From Podarcis tiliguerta (lineage: Eukaryota), in assembly GCA_965153285.1 (NCBI GenBank), contig OZ229111.1: a DNA stretch of 64,000 nucleotides; one strand, given 5' to 3'. Below the pieces are notes generated by a model, which saw only the letters and a program-made list of their open reading frames with translations, did no database searches and had not been told where the DNA came from. This document shows positions 39,507 through 50,730 of this stretch, in pieces. Both the position numbers and the translations under genes were made by a program. How positions within the stretch are numbered: the stretch's first letter is position 1; each line of letters starts with the position of its first letter.

Positions 39507-40439
39507 TACTGAACATGAATAAAATATCTATACGTTTTCTAAACCATGCAGAGTCCAATAGGAGGTCATGTGAAGATAAAGAAATGTACCTATTGGCACT
39601 CTGTAACAGTGTTTAAATGACTGCTTCTCCAGCAAAAACAAAGGAGTGTGGCAAAACATTTTTGCTAATACTCCATTCTCCCCTTGTCACAAAATGTCAA
39701 GCTATGCTATATTCTCACCTCCCCAATGTGTGACTTAATTAATGACCTCACAGATGCTCAATAAGATAGAAGGCTACAGATTCACAGTTATGCCATGTTT
39801 AGATCTATTTGTGGCATTAATATAAACTGTGATGAAAGGATTAATGTCTCAATTAGGATAACTTACAGATTAAATTAATGTGTGCTGGGGCAGAGGGAAA
39901 CAGTTTTCTATTAACCAGACAAAGATCCACAACATTTTACCAAATAAGGAGCATTCTGAAGGGAGGAAGGGCAGGGAGAACACAGGGGTTACTCTTGTAC
40001 CGAGTTCAGATGCTGTTTCTGTTTTTCTGCGACTTTGAACTCAAATGGTAAATCTGAGTTCCTGGGAAGACATGGGATTCTATTCAGTGTTAGTTATACT
40101 CAAAGCATACCTATTTAAATTCATTTACATACACAGTTCCATTAATTTCAATAGGTCTAACTGGATACAAGCCATGATTTCCTCCAGTAAGTATTTGTAG
40201 TGAAATATTGGGTGGTTACAAGAGTGTCATGGACAACTATTGGAAGTCTGCACCATCACTCTGATGAGCTAGACAGTTCCCTACTCTGCATAATTTTAAG
40301 GCAGATGATCAGAGCTCTTGATCAGAGAGTGGCTCTGCTGGTTTTTTAAAAAAGCAAATTACCTCCCTATGATACTGTCTTCTTATTTTTAATTGCCCTT
40401 TTGACTGAATATTTAGTCCAGCAAAGCGTGTGTTTTTTG

Positions 40440-40494
40440 TTTATGCAGTTTTCCTCCCAGTGGGAGGAATGCAGTGGGAGGAAAACTGCATAAA
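40440..40494. repeat. Perfect 20-bp inverted repeat with 15-nt spacer
   Basis: TTTATGCAGTTTTCCTCCCA (40440-40459) / TGGGAGGAAAACTGCATAAA (40475-40494). Confidence 0.95.
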
Positions 40495-40676
40495 GCACGT
40501 ATTGAAAGTCAGAGATATCCCACAAAAGTACTATCAGATACCATCTCTATATAGTTAAGTCCCTGCACCACAACACAATAATGCCGAATAAATTTTCATA
40601 TTTTTTTAGTTTAATTTGTCAAACATGTCCCCAGTGTCAGATTAGTACTTTATTTTCAAAAGGTAAGTGGATTTAA

Positions 40677-40770
40677 GCTGCTATCCTATAAACATTTGCC
40701 TGAGGGTAGGTCCCAAAGAACACAATAATGGGGCTTATTACTGAGAAGACATGAACAGGACTGCACTCTA
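40677..40770. repeat. Short dispersed reptile repeat with imperfect inverted ends
   Basis: GCTGCTATCCTATA...ATGGGGCTTA...CATGAACAGGACTGCAC. Related fragments occur near 40-110, 13790-13842 and 56340-56385. Confidence 0.45.
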
Positions 40771-41719
40771 AAATTACTTTTTCCACATATTCTACTTCAG
40801 GATCTTGTCCATAATTGTTCATCCAGTTTCCTATCAGTTTCGTGTCATTAAAATATGGAGAACATTAAATCACCACAGCTCATTTCCTCATGAAGTTAGA
40901 AACCTCAATACCAATCAGTACAAACTACTCGACTGTATTAATATGCAAATGTATTCTCATTGCATCCACACCGAGTTGATACTTTCTGCTACTTTTATAT
41001 TTTATGTTAACTGTATTATTAACAGAACAATTTCAGATTTCAGATGGAATAGACTGACATAGGCTAAGCTGATAATTAAAGAATATTATAGTTGCACATG
41101 CCTGAGCATGCCAAAATAACAGCAGGCAATTTACATATGTAGAAAAGCTTGTATACTTTTTACTTGCTGAAATTTGACAATGAACTTGCTCTGGCTGAAA
41201 TGAAGGGTTGACTGAAAATGATTTCTTTCTATTAACGTATGTTGTACAATAGGGGTTTTTTCCATATAATTTTTCTATTTAAATTACTGAACATTAATGC
41301 AGCCATTTTATCTGTTAAGCAACATGTTAACTGTTGGAAAACCAGGCAATGAAAAGCTACATACTCCCTTAGAGATTACTATAATTCAACCAATAAAAAG
41401 CCTGAAACATAAACCAAGGTGTAAAGTGACACTGGCATTTATTAATATTTAGTGCACCTCAAAGCAAGCACAGAGCGGAAATATGGTCCAACAGTTCCAA
41501 GGCAGAACATAGCAGGAAAAATAAATTTGATTTACAACAATCCCTACCTTTTAAAAATAATAATAAAAGCAGACTGTAGGCCCTTTCCCTTTAAAATATT
41601 TAATAGCTGATATCATTAGGAGGGTCTCAAATCACATTTTTAACATATGGGAACTTGAGGAAACTATCATCTGCAATCCATAGTTTAATGGATGATATTA
41701 TTTTAACTACCTTCCTCCA

Positions 41720-41749
41720 TTTCAAAAGCCATTCAGATGGCTTTTGAAA
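41720..41749. repeat. Perfect 13-bp inverted repeat with 4-nt loop
   Basis: TTTCAAAAGCCAT-TCAG-ATGGCTTTTGAAA. Confidence 0.9.
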
Positions 41750-42637
41750 AAGTATGATGTGCATTTTTCAGTGGGGTTTTCCCCATTTCTACCATGAAGC
41801 AAGATCTAAACGTTTTCACATTCTCTTCCTCAGGCATCTGTGCTTCTCAAGAGCCAAGATGTTTAGTTTCTTATAATCTAAGACACTACAATACTTGAAA
41901 GCTGACACCATCATCCATGGCATCTTAATCATCCTCCTTTTTAAAACTCTCCAAGGAGTAAACTTAAAAGCAGCATCTCATCTTCACTTTAAAGGGAACT
42001 AACAGAAAATTTTAATTAACTTGAAATCTTTGCAGAAAACATCAGACCCTTCTCTTTGAAACACAGACATCAGAAGTGAATGAAAGCAAAAGTTGTTGTG
42101 TGCTTGCTACTAAATTTGATTCAATGATCTTGACACAGATGAACATAGGAAACATTTCCATGATTTAGGAAGGTTATTTTGTACAGACTACTACTGAATG
42201 TATGTAGAATTTCTGCACACTCCCTTTCCTATTAAATTCTGAAAGAAAGCCTATGATTAACACCACATTTGGCTCACTTCTTTTAGGATACCATTAGGCT
42301 TATAAGCTAAAAAAATCAAGAAGCACAAGAGGAGAGAGGAAGGAAGAGGCAGAGTAGGGAGGTTAGTTTTGCAATGCTAGAACATAATGCTGGATTGTAA
42401 ACAGGCATTTATATAATAGTACACCAAGCTGTTTCCACCCCTTGCTTGGACATAAGTGGCTCTTCTTCCTATGGCCAATGACAGGGGCTACAGTTTTTCC
42501 ACACAAAACAGTAGACCTGCAACTTACATGGGGGTTATGTTCTGGGGTTAGTGCATAAAGCCAAAATTGCATATAGTGCATATAATGCAATGGGGGGTAA
42601 GATCACCAAAGTCTTTGCCCCCCAAACACCTGCTCCC

Positions 42638-42673
42638 ATTTATTTATTTGTTTGTTTGTTTGTTTGTTTGTTT
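42638..42673. repeat. (ATTT)n/(GTTT)n microsatellite
   Basis: Read directly. Confidence 0.88.
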
Positions 42674-44189
42674 AGCTGAATGTGCACAAGTTAAACATAA
42701 ATTGTGGGTCTACTTTACTTCAATCCCAGGGCAACTGATAGAGCAATGGTCTTTTTCACATTTCCTTGCAGCTGCTCCTTCTTTAGCACATGTCTCGTGT
42801 TTCTCTTGTGGTGATCTTCCTGAAAGGTGTGGGAGATGCAACCATCCAATGCCTTTGCAACTCTGACCAGTGGTAGAGGCATAAAATTGGTGCCAATGGA
42901 TCAATACTTAAAAGGGGGGGAAAATGGAGAAGCTTTCTGTTTTATTTCATAGTTCCTATACTATAGATTTAACAGAGTCGGTATAAAATCTCCCTTGTTC
43001 AAGTTAGCTAGTAGGTAAATTGTACTTCTATAAGTCATTATAAAGATAATTGAACTAAACAAAATAGGTCTCACTTTTCTCTCATCTTCATTATATCAGA
43101 AATGCAAGCTGACAACTTCACAGAGACTCATTTGTTAACACATGCATACAAACCTGTTGCTGGGGATCTGAAAGCTGCCAAGAAGTGTTTGTAATTCCAG
43201 CATTGCTGAAATCCCCCAAACGCAAAGATAAAAGGGCAAGATAAGGTACCCATCAATCTTACAGAAAAGGTAAAGGAAAGATTGACAAATAAATACCACC
43301 AGATCCACTTTCCTAAACAAAAGATATCACAAACTATTAACTTCATCTTAGAAACCACTTAGGATAACTATCTCTGGCACAACTCCCTCTATATAAATAC
43401 AATGAAAGACATACTCTTTTAAAAGCCTTAAAAATTTCTTAAAATCGATTGCTTCTGGAAAGCAGGAAAATAAGAAAAGGTATTTTCATTAAAGGACAGC
43501 TTAGATGAAGAAGAAAAAGAAGCATCAGACTGACAAATTGTCGTCATGTTTTCCAGTGTCACCTTCTGAAGAAAAAAAAGTATGGGGAATATCAGCAATT
43601 TCCCTATTGATTCCAGTGTGACATGAAGACCTGATGTAACATAGTGATCCAGTTCACAAGTAGCACTAAGTAAAACCATGGCTTAGAGTGAGTGAGCAAA
43701 AGTGCAGGTTCCTGGATTTAAGATAGTTTCATATTTCAATTTCTTCTTCCAGGAGTTTAGAAGTTTGTTACTCACATGTAGCAAGCTGTGCCAGTGGTTT
43801 CTGCATTAAGGTTTCTCTACAACCTTGTTTGGCTTACCTCTACCTCACCCTGTCCGACCTATTTGTTAAAACCTCTGTCACTTATTGATGCATAATTGAA
43901 CTTTTCAATAACTTTAATATATGAGTGTTTTTCTTACAGGAGGGAAAAGTATTTACATTATGTGTGAAGTGAGCTGCAATAATTTATTTTTTCCAAGTAT
44001 ATGGAATGGGCAGCTCCAACACAAAACACTCACTGTATGTTATGTATGGCTTTCAATGGATGACATCATAGGAAATGGGGAAAATGTTTCAAGTTGTTTT
44101 AAACTCTTTTTTAGTATTGTAACATTGCGTTTTAAAACTAACTGTTGCAATCTGCCCTGGAATCTTAGGGTAAAGGGTGGATAATAAAT

Positions 44190-44210
44190 AACAACAACAA
44201 CAACAACAAC
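44190..44210. repeat. (AAC)7 microsatellite
   Basis: Read directly. Confidence 0.9.
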
Positions 44211-44387
44211 GTAACATAGCAAGCAGCTGCAAGGGACATTTTGTTTGTGATATTCTTAACTGAAGCAAACTAACCCGTCTACTGCCATGGCTGCAGTCAT
44301 TTCTGATGAATTCTCATCTAAATGTACGTTTAGCATTAATTTAAATGAGTCTACTTCTGAGGAGAATTAAACTGGGTACAACCCCAT

Positions 44388-44390
44388 TAT

Positions 44391-44423
<33 letters not shown>

Positions 44424-44449
44424 CGTGCGTGCGTGCGCTCCCCCCCCCC
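44388..44449. repeat. (TG)n(CG)n(TGCG)n alternating purine-pyrimidine tract followed by C10
   Basis: Read directly; strictly alternating from 44388 to 44438. Confidence 0.92.
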
Positions 44450-45473
44450 ACAAACACAGATATGGCATAACCTGCCTGACAGCCACAAGTAACTCAGTCC
44501 TGCCTCCTTAATAGTACACAACCAACAAACGTGATTTTAAAAAGAGCAGAGAAAGTTATGGAATACAAGTAAACTCTTTCTCTGCTCCCACCACTCATAA
44601 TTATTCTTCACAAGGAGCAGCCACTAAGCCCATTTCTATCACCCAATGTAGCTTTTAAATTAACTTATTCTTAATTTTTAAAACTCTTGTAACACACTTT
44701 ACAAAGCTGCTTTGCATGCTGCATACACTTATAAATATTAATTGTAAAAGAACAGTGTGCTTCAATTAGTGGGATTTTCTTCTGGGAAGTTGTCCAGAAT
44801 TTTTTTTTTTTATCATCTGAAAAATCCCAGAACTTTTATTTCAAAGCTTTTGAAGAAAGAAATCTACTTTGACAATTAAAAAGCACTAAACAAAGACGAG
44901 TGGGGAGGAAATGAATATTGCTTAAAAACAAACAGCCCCAACAGAAATCTAGTTTGTCTGAAAAAAAAGTAAGAAGGTACAAATGCATATGTTTCATGTT
45001 TAGCAACAAATAGAAGGTGGGGGTGTTTTTACAGTCTGTCCCCAAACTTCATAGAATTTCCAAGTCGAAATGTATTTCAACTTAAATGGAATATATATCA
45101 TATTATGCCAGCTTTCACTACCGAAATGAGACTGTTCCCTTTGGTAAATCGTTTTGGAAAGTAGCTGCTCCTGTAAACCCCACTTTTTTTTTGAACTTTG
45201 GGGTAGGAGGGTGAAAATGGCTGAAACTTCCGGAGGAGGTAATTCACATACTCAAATGTGCAAGAACTGACACTGTATGACTCTCATACTTCAGGTTTCA
45301 CATCTGGAGGATGATGCTTTGCTTGAAAACATTGGTGTGTGAGTAACTTATCCTTCAAAAGAGAGAGCCAATATTTTCACATGGGGACCCTTCAAACATA
45401 CACCCCAGCGTTCTATGTGGAATCTGAGAACATATGTGCACATCACTTCCTGTGCCACTGAGTAAGCCTAGAA

Positions 45474-45753
45474 CAGGGGTAGGCAACCTAAGGCCCATGG
45501 GCCAGAAGCAGCCCACGGGGGTAAGTTAACCAGCCCACGAGCCATCCCCGAACCGAGCCACCCACTTGGCGAATCCCCGTGCGCGGCACAAAACGCGCGC
45601 GGGGACTCGCTTCTGCGGTGCTGGAAATCGCATCTGTGCAGACGCAGACACCAGAAATTGCAGGCGCACATGCTCATACGTGCACTATCTGCGCATGGAG
45701 GGATCTCCGCTGGAGTGAACTGGCCCAGGTGAGGTAAACCTTGCCGACCCCTG
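45474..45753. mobile_element. hAT (Charlie-like) MITE, 280 bp, with perfect 8-bp TSD
   Basis: GCCTAGAA (45466-45473) | CAGGGGTAGGCAA ... TTGCCGACCCCTG | GCCTAGAA (45754-45761). An 8-bp TSD with central TA is typical of hAT-Charlie; the interior is CpG-rich. Confidence 0.93.
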
Positions 45754-47959
45754 GCCTAGAATCTTGTTTCAGGATTGAAATGAAAAGAGAGAATATGGGG
45801 GCGGTGGATATGCAACTCTAAAAAGCATAAGAGTGAATACAGACTTTGTTTTAGAGACATGCATGCATGCTTCATACATAATTCATACAAACTGTATATT
45901 TATTTTAAAAATGCTGAAGCTGGGTGCCTTATTCTTCAGATCTGTTTTTCCCTATTTGCTTTTTTAAACTAGTAGCTCTTTCTAAATTACCACATTTCCA
46001 GATGCTTTGCTCATACCCTCTTGACAGAGGAACAGTTGTACTTATTTGCGGACAAGTTGTTGACAATTCATCTAAGCTTATAAAAGCTGGCAGAGAGGTA
46101 CCCTGGCACAGATATCTGACACCCCAACTGACTGCTCTTCTATCTATGAAAAATATTAAGGAATCCAATCAGAATTTAATTGCCTACTCAAGCAGATAAC
46201 ATCAAATTCAGTGAACACTGTACATGGAAATATAGATGAAAGAATAAACTCCCATATGTCCTTATGATATTATAGGGAAGATGCAGAAAGTTAACCTCCG
46301 CACATACACAAAGTCCTCTCCCTGTGTTAACTGAAAAACAAAACATGATTTTTAAAGCAAGGGAAAACTAGTTCTGCATGTCCAAGGGACTTTTGAGTTT
46401 TGTTTCTTGGCAGAATACCCATTCTGGATATCAACAGAATGCTTGCCATATCACGTAGCAAAACACTTTGGAAGGGGATGTTCCAAAAGCAGCTAGTACT
46501 AAAGAGAAGAGCTCCCACTGACCTCCCAATGGACACTCCCAGGCTCTTTAAGCACTTATTTGGATCTCAGCCTATAACAGGATTTCCGGTCTTTATAAAG
46601 AAAACACAGGATACTTCCTTTGTGGGAAATACTTTTGTATTTTCAAGGCTTGAAAATACATGGTCACCTAAGCCAACCGTGCTGATAAGGAGATGCACAA
46701 CCCTTCTTAAATGGTATTTATCTGAGAGGTAGATACCTGTTCACACCACTAACCACTCTGGTGACAAGCAAAGAGCTGATGGGCTACAATACATGGTATG
46801 TGCTAAGTGGACTTTGCATATACTGGTGTGAGCTTCACCCACAAGGTACTCCTGCTGGTGAAGGTGAGGGCAGGAAGAGAGGACATGTAGCTCTCTGTGC
46901 CTCTGGAAATCTGCTCTGGAGGATTGGGGGATGCAGGGGAAAAGGAAAATAAGCAGCAATCACCTCCTGTTTCTGCCACTGAGAGCCTCCATTGGATCAG
47001 AGTCCCTGGGGGCAACTCAGAGTTCAAGTCAAAGTACTTAAGGAAGGTGACATCAAGCCATTGGTTTGAATTAGTACATAAGGTTTCAGTTTACTTCTCA
47101 GCTAGGGTGACAAAGGACCAGAAATCCCAAAAATCCCAAATGGAACAAGGAAGTGCAATAAACAGTGCACAGTACCTAGCATTCCATACAGACCTTTCTG
47201 CCTCTAATGCAGAGATATTAAGTTCCTGATAAAAAGAGCCAACAAAAAAAAAAGTTTAATGTTATTAAGGCTAGCAAATGAAGGTTTTCACAGTTCAATG
47301 CTAAATTCAGGAAGACAGTCAGTCATTCAGAACTCCCTGGATAGGTAATGTTGGTGTGTTTAAGAGGGATATTAGGCTTGTAATTATATAAAAATGCTTT
47401 TCTACTTAACAATCATAGGAATACAGTGAATTCACTCAGAGACATATTTGTTGATATGTTAAGATGGATCAGTGAGGAAGGATAGATTTTAAGGGAGGAC
47501 ACATATGTGTTAAGTGCTCAAGTCTAATTGTAACAGCAAAAACAGTTTCATGTTCCCCAGTGTGTAAGAGTTAGATGCCTTATTCTTTAAATCAGTAAAG
47601 ATAGACATAGAGACCTATTAAGAATTATTCCTATTTTCAAAACTACACGCAAACATTACCAACATTAATTCTGAGTACACTTGTGGGGGGTTAATTATTC
47701 CAATTTCACAGATGAAGTAACCAAGACACACACAGAGAGAGCAAGATTAAGTGTTTGTTCAAGATGAGAGTATACCTTAATATTGAGCCATCTAAAAGAT
47801 GGTATCTCTGTAAGACAGACTGATACAATGTTGACTCTCAAAGATGAAAATTCAAATCAGACAGTAAATTGGCAAGCAGAATATGTTAAGTCCAAAGAAA
47901 ACATTAGTCTTGGTGGCTAACAGTGTTTTTCACAGCCTTCAGCTAGTAAGACAACAGTG

Positions 47960-48630
47960 ACGGTTCCTGGTCCGGGGCTGCTTGACTACTGGTTCAGGCA
48001 CTGGTAACTTCAAGACAGGACTATGGCAAAGTACTCTACGTGGGGACTCCTTTGTGTTTGGTTTGGAAACCACAGTTAATGCAAAATGCTGCAGCACAAT
48101 TGCTGACAGGAGTGTCAGCATTTGTGCTCAAATATTTGCAGTGCCAGCAAGGTCACAACTGCACTGAGATCCAGGTGTTATTATTGGTATTTCAGGTGCT
48201 CACCACCTTGCAATCAATTTACTTAAGAGATTGCCTGATTCCATACGTCCTAACTCACTCACGCCAATCTGCATAACTTGCACTTCTACAACGGCCACGC
48301 AATGTCTATTCCACATTTGTAAGTAGTCATTCCTTTAGTGTGACGGCACCTGTACTTTAGAACTTCTTGCCTCTTGACATTAGGCAGACACCATTACTGA
48401 ACTCTAATTCTGAAAATCTTCCTGTTTCAGTGGGTCTATCCAGCCACATGATTAACATGTGTTCTTAAATCTGTTACGGATGTTTTATTGTGCTTTATTG
48501 CATCAAAGTGCTTTCAAATGTTTAAAACAGGTTTTTAAATTTTTGACAAAGAAGTGTTTGCCATCCTGAGTTCCTTTGGGAGGGAGGGTGAGATATTTAC
48601 TTATTTATTTATTTAGTAAATAAATAAAAA
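47960..48630 (+). mobile_element. Degenerate L2-clade LINE 3' portion
   Basis: Translates with frameshifts as VQALVTSRQDYGKVLYVGTPLCLVWKPQLMQNAAAQLLTG...YLRDCL, matching the L2 ORF2 C-terminal pattern (ALVTSRLDYCN.LY.GLP...LQLVQNAAARLL). Ends in an ATTT/TAAA-type tail near 48600-48630. Boundaries approximate. Confidence 0.75.
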
Positions 48631-50269
48631 TTGAGGTAATGGTGATGACTAGCATAGTTGAAACACTGCTATCCATTGGAGGCTATAGTGTTTACTAGCT
48701 GGGTTCCGAGTTCAGTTGATTGCTAGATTTTATTATTATTATTAAAGCTATAACAGTAGGAGCTGCTTCCCTGGTGCCTACAGCTAGTATTATGTAATGA
48801 AGTTCCAAAGCCGCCAACAGTTGCTAGATAAAGCTTCAAGGAAGAAGACTGCGCAGCCTTAGAAATTCATGATGGATAGGCCAGGTCAAGAAGATATCTT
48901 GTGTCAGGGGAACTGCCTGCGATGTAAGCCCCAAATTCAACACAGGTACTGAAGTGGTAACAGCCACAGCTGATGTTGAGAGCAGGTTGACTCCCACAGA
49001 GAACAGTGTCTTAGGCATGCTAAAGGAGATTGCCGTTGCATCAATACTTCATAATGGCAGTATGAATGCACTGTAAGTCAGATTTATGAAAATTGTAGCA
49101 GAAGCCAAAAGGTTCTTATCTTCACAACTAGGGAAGCCATATTACAATCATCAAGAAGGTGGGAGGAGAAAAGACAACGACCTGTAAATAACCTTCATTA
49201 ACGTATCTTGATTCCTAAAACAAATCTCAGTCTTTCCCAGCTTGAATCATGTCAGATTCTAGAAATCCAATTGTTAAAGCAAAACTCCCAGCATATAACA
49301 GAGCCCCTAAAGCAAAGGAATGACATAGCAGACAGAAATAAAGGGATATACCATATGTTGAGTAATAAAACTGGCAAACCTAGAAAGGTTCAAATACAGC
49401 TATTATACACACCTGGGCAAAAAGGGGGGTGGGGTGGCGAGGAATCATTAAGCAATCTGAGAACCTGCAAACAAAGAAACTGTAAAATTCTTAACTGTAA
49501 AGCAAAGGAAACACATCTAATCCCTCAGGAGTTTAAGTATGTATTTCAACTGGGTTATCCCATCCCTCAAAAGGACATAGAACGACACAAAAACCTACAG
49601 ACATACAATATATCCACTGTGCGACTGTAGGCATTGAGCCAAATAGCGTCAGTACCCAACAGCCCTGGCACCTGTTGGTTTTGTCATCAACAAATATATT
49701 ACCACTTTGTGGCACAGAGGAAAGGAAAACACTATATTAGAAAGGCTTGCCTACCTCCAGAGAAGGCTAGAGAGGCAACTGGCATGTGCTTTATGGGAAT
49801 TTAGTGTGATAGGGGAATTGGTTATGAGAAGTTGCATTGCAGGAGTTTGAACTTTTGTATATTTCAATTTCCTGTGCACCTCAAACATATGTGAACTGAA
49901 CACCACACATTGTAGCTCAAGTATGCAGACTTTAGGCTGTTCTCTCTCCCTCTCCCTCTCTCATACACAAACACACACAGAGAGAGGGGGAAAGAGAGAG
50001 TTGCATTTATAACAACATTTATGCACCTACACCGTCCAATTGGAAACCTAGGACCAAAGATGTGCATAACACTTGCAGCATAAAAGCATAAATATTCAGG
50101 ACAAAGTTATGTGGAAACCTCGCTCAGTAAATGTAGGGTATAATTAAGAAAAGGCAGCAAGAGAAAAAGCCTTTAAGGAAACAAATTTCTATTTTTGTTT
50201 TGTCTGATGCATGTTGTGTTTCCAATATATTTATACCTATATATCCTCTAACAGAAATGACGAAGAACA

Positions 50270-50438
50270 TATGCCATGGTTCAGAAGTGGAACTCAAGCT
50301 TTACATGCAGAAGGTCCCAAGTTCAATCAGGCATGTCCAGGTAGGACTAGGAGAGATCCATTTGAAGCCCTGCAGAGCTGCTGCCAGACAGCAGTACCAA
50401 TGGTCTGATTCAGCACAAGACAGCTTCCTATGTTCCTA
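50270..50438 (+). mobile_element. tRNA-derived SINE (Squam3-like)
   Basis: tRNA-like head with B-box-like AAGGTCCCAAGTTCAATC; body GAGCTGCTGCCAG...CCAATGGTCTGA; tail CAGCTTCCTATGTTCCTA. Confidence 0.7.
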
Positions 50439-50644
50439 ACAATAGGAGGACGGTTGCTTACCCACTCTATTCTTGTGACGTCAGATTGGCAAGCCTAGCT
50501 GAATTCAAATATTCTATGATTTTTTCAAGAACAGAATATACTCAGAAAGCACATGGGATTCAAATAAACAGGGTCAATAAATCAATTAGTGCAAGGCGTC
50601 ATAATAACTGTGTTGCTAGGAGGAAAATGCCTCTATAGTGGTGT

Positions 50645-50730
50645 CGGCTGGCCATCCAGATGTTCAGACTCCAACAGTCAGCATGGCCAATGACCAGGGA
50701 TGACAGAACTTGTACTCCAACATCATCTTA
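50645..50730. mobile_element. Fragment of a common reptile hAT-type MITE
   Basis: CCAGATGTT...GACTCCAAC...CAGCATGGCCAATGACCAGGGATGA...GTACTCCAACATCATCT forms an imperfect internal palindrome; termini are lost. Recognised from memory. Confidence 0.45.
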
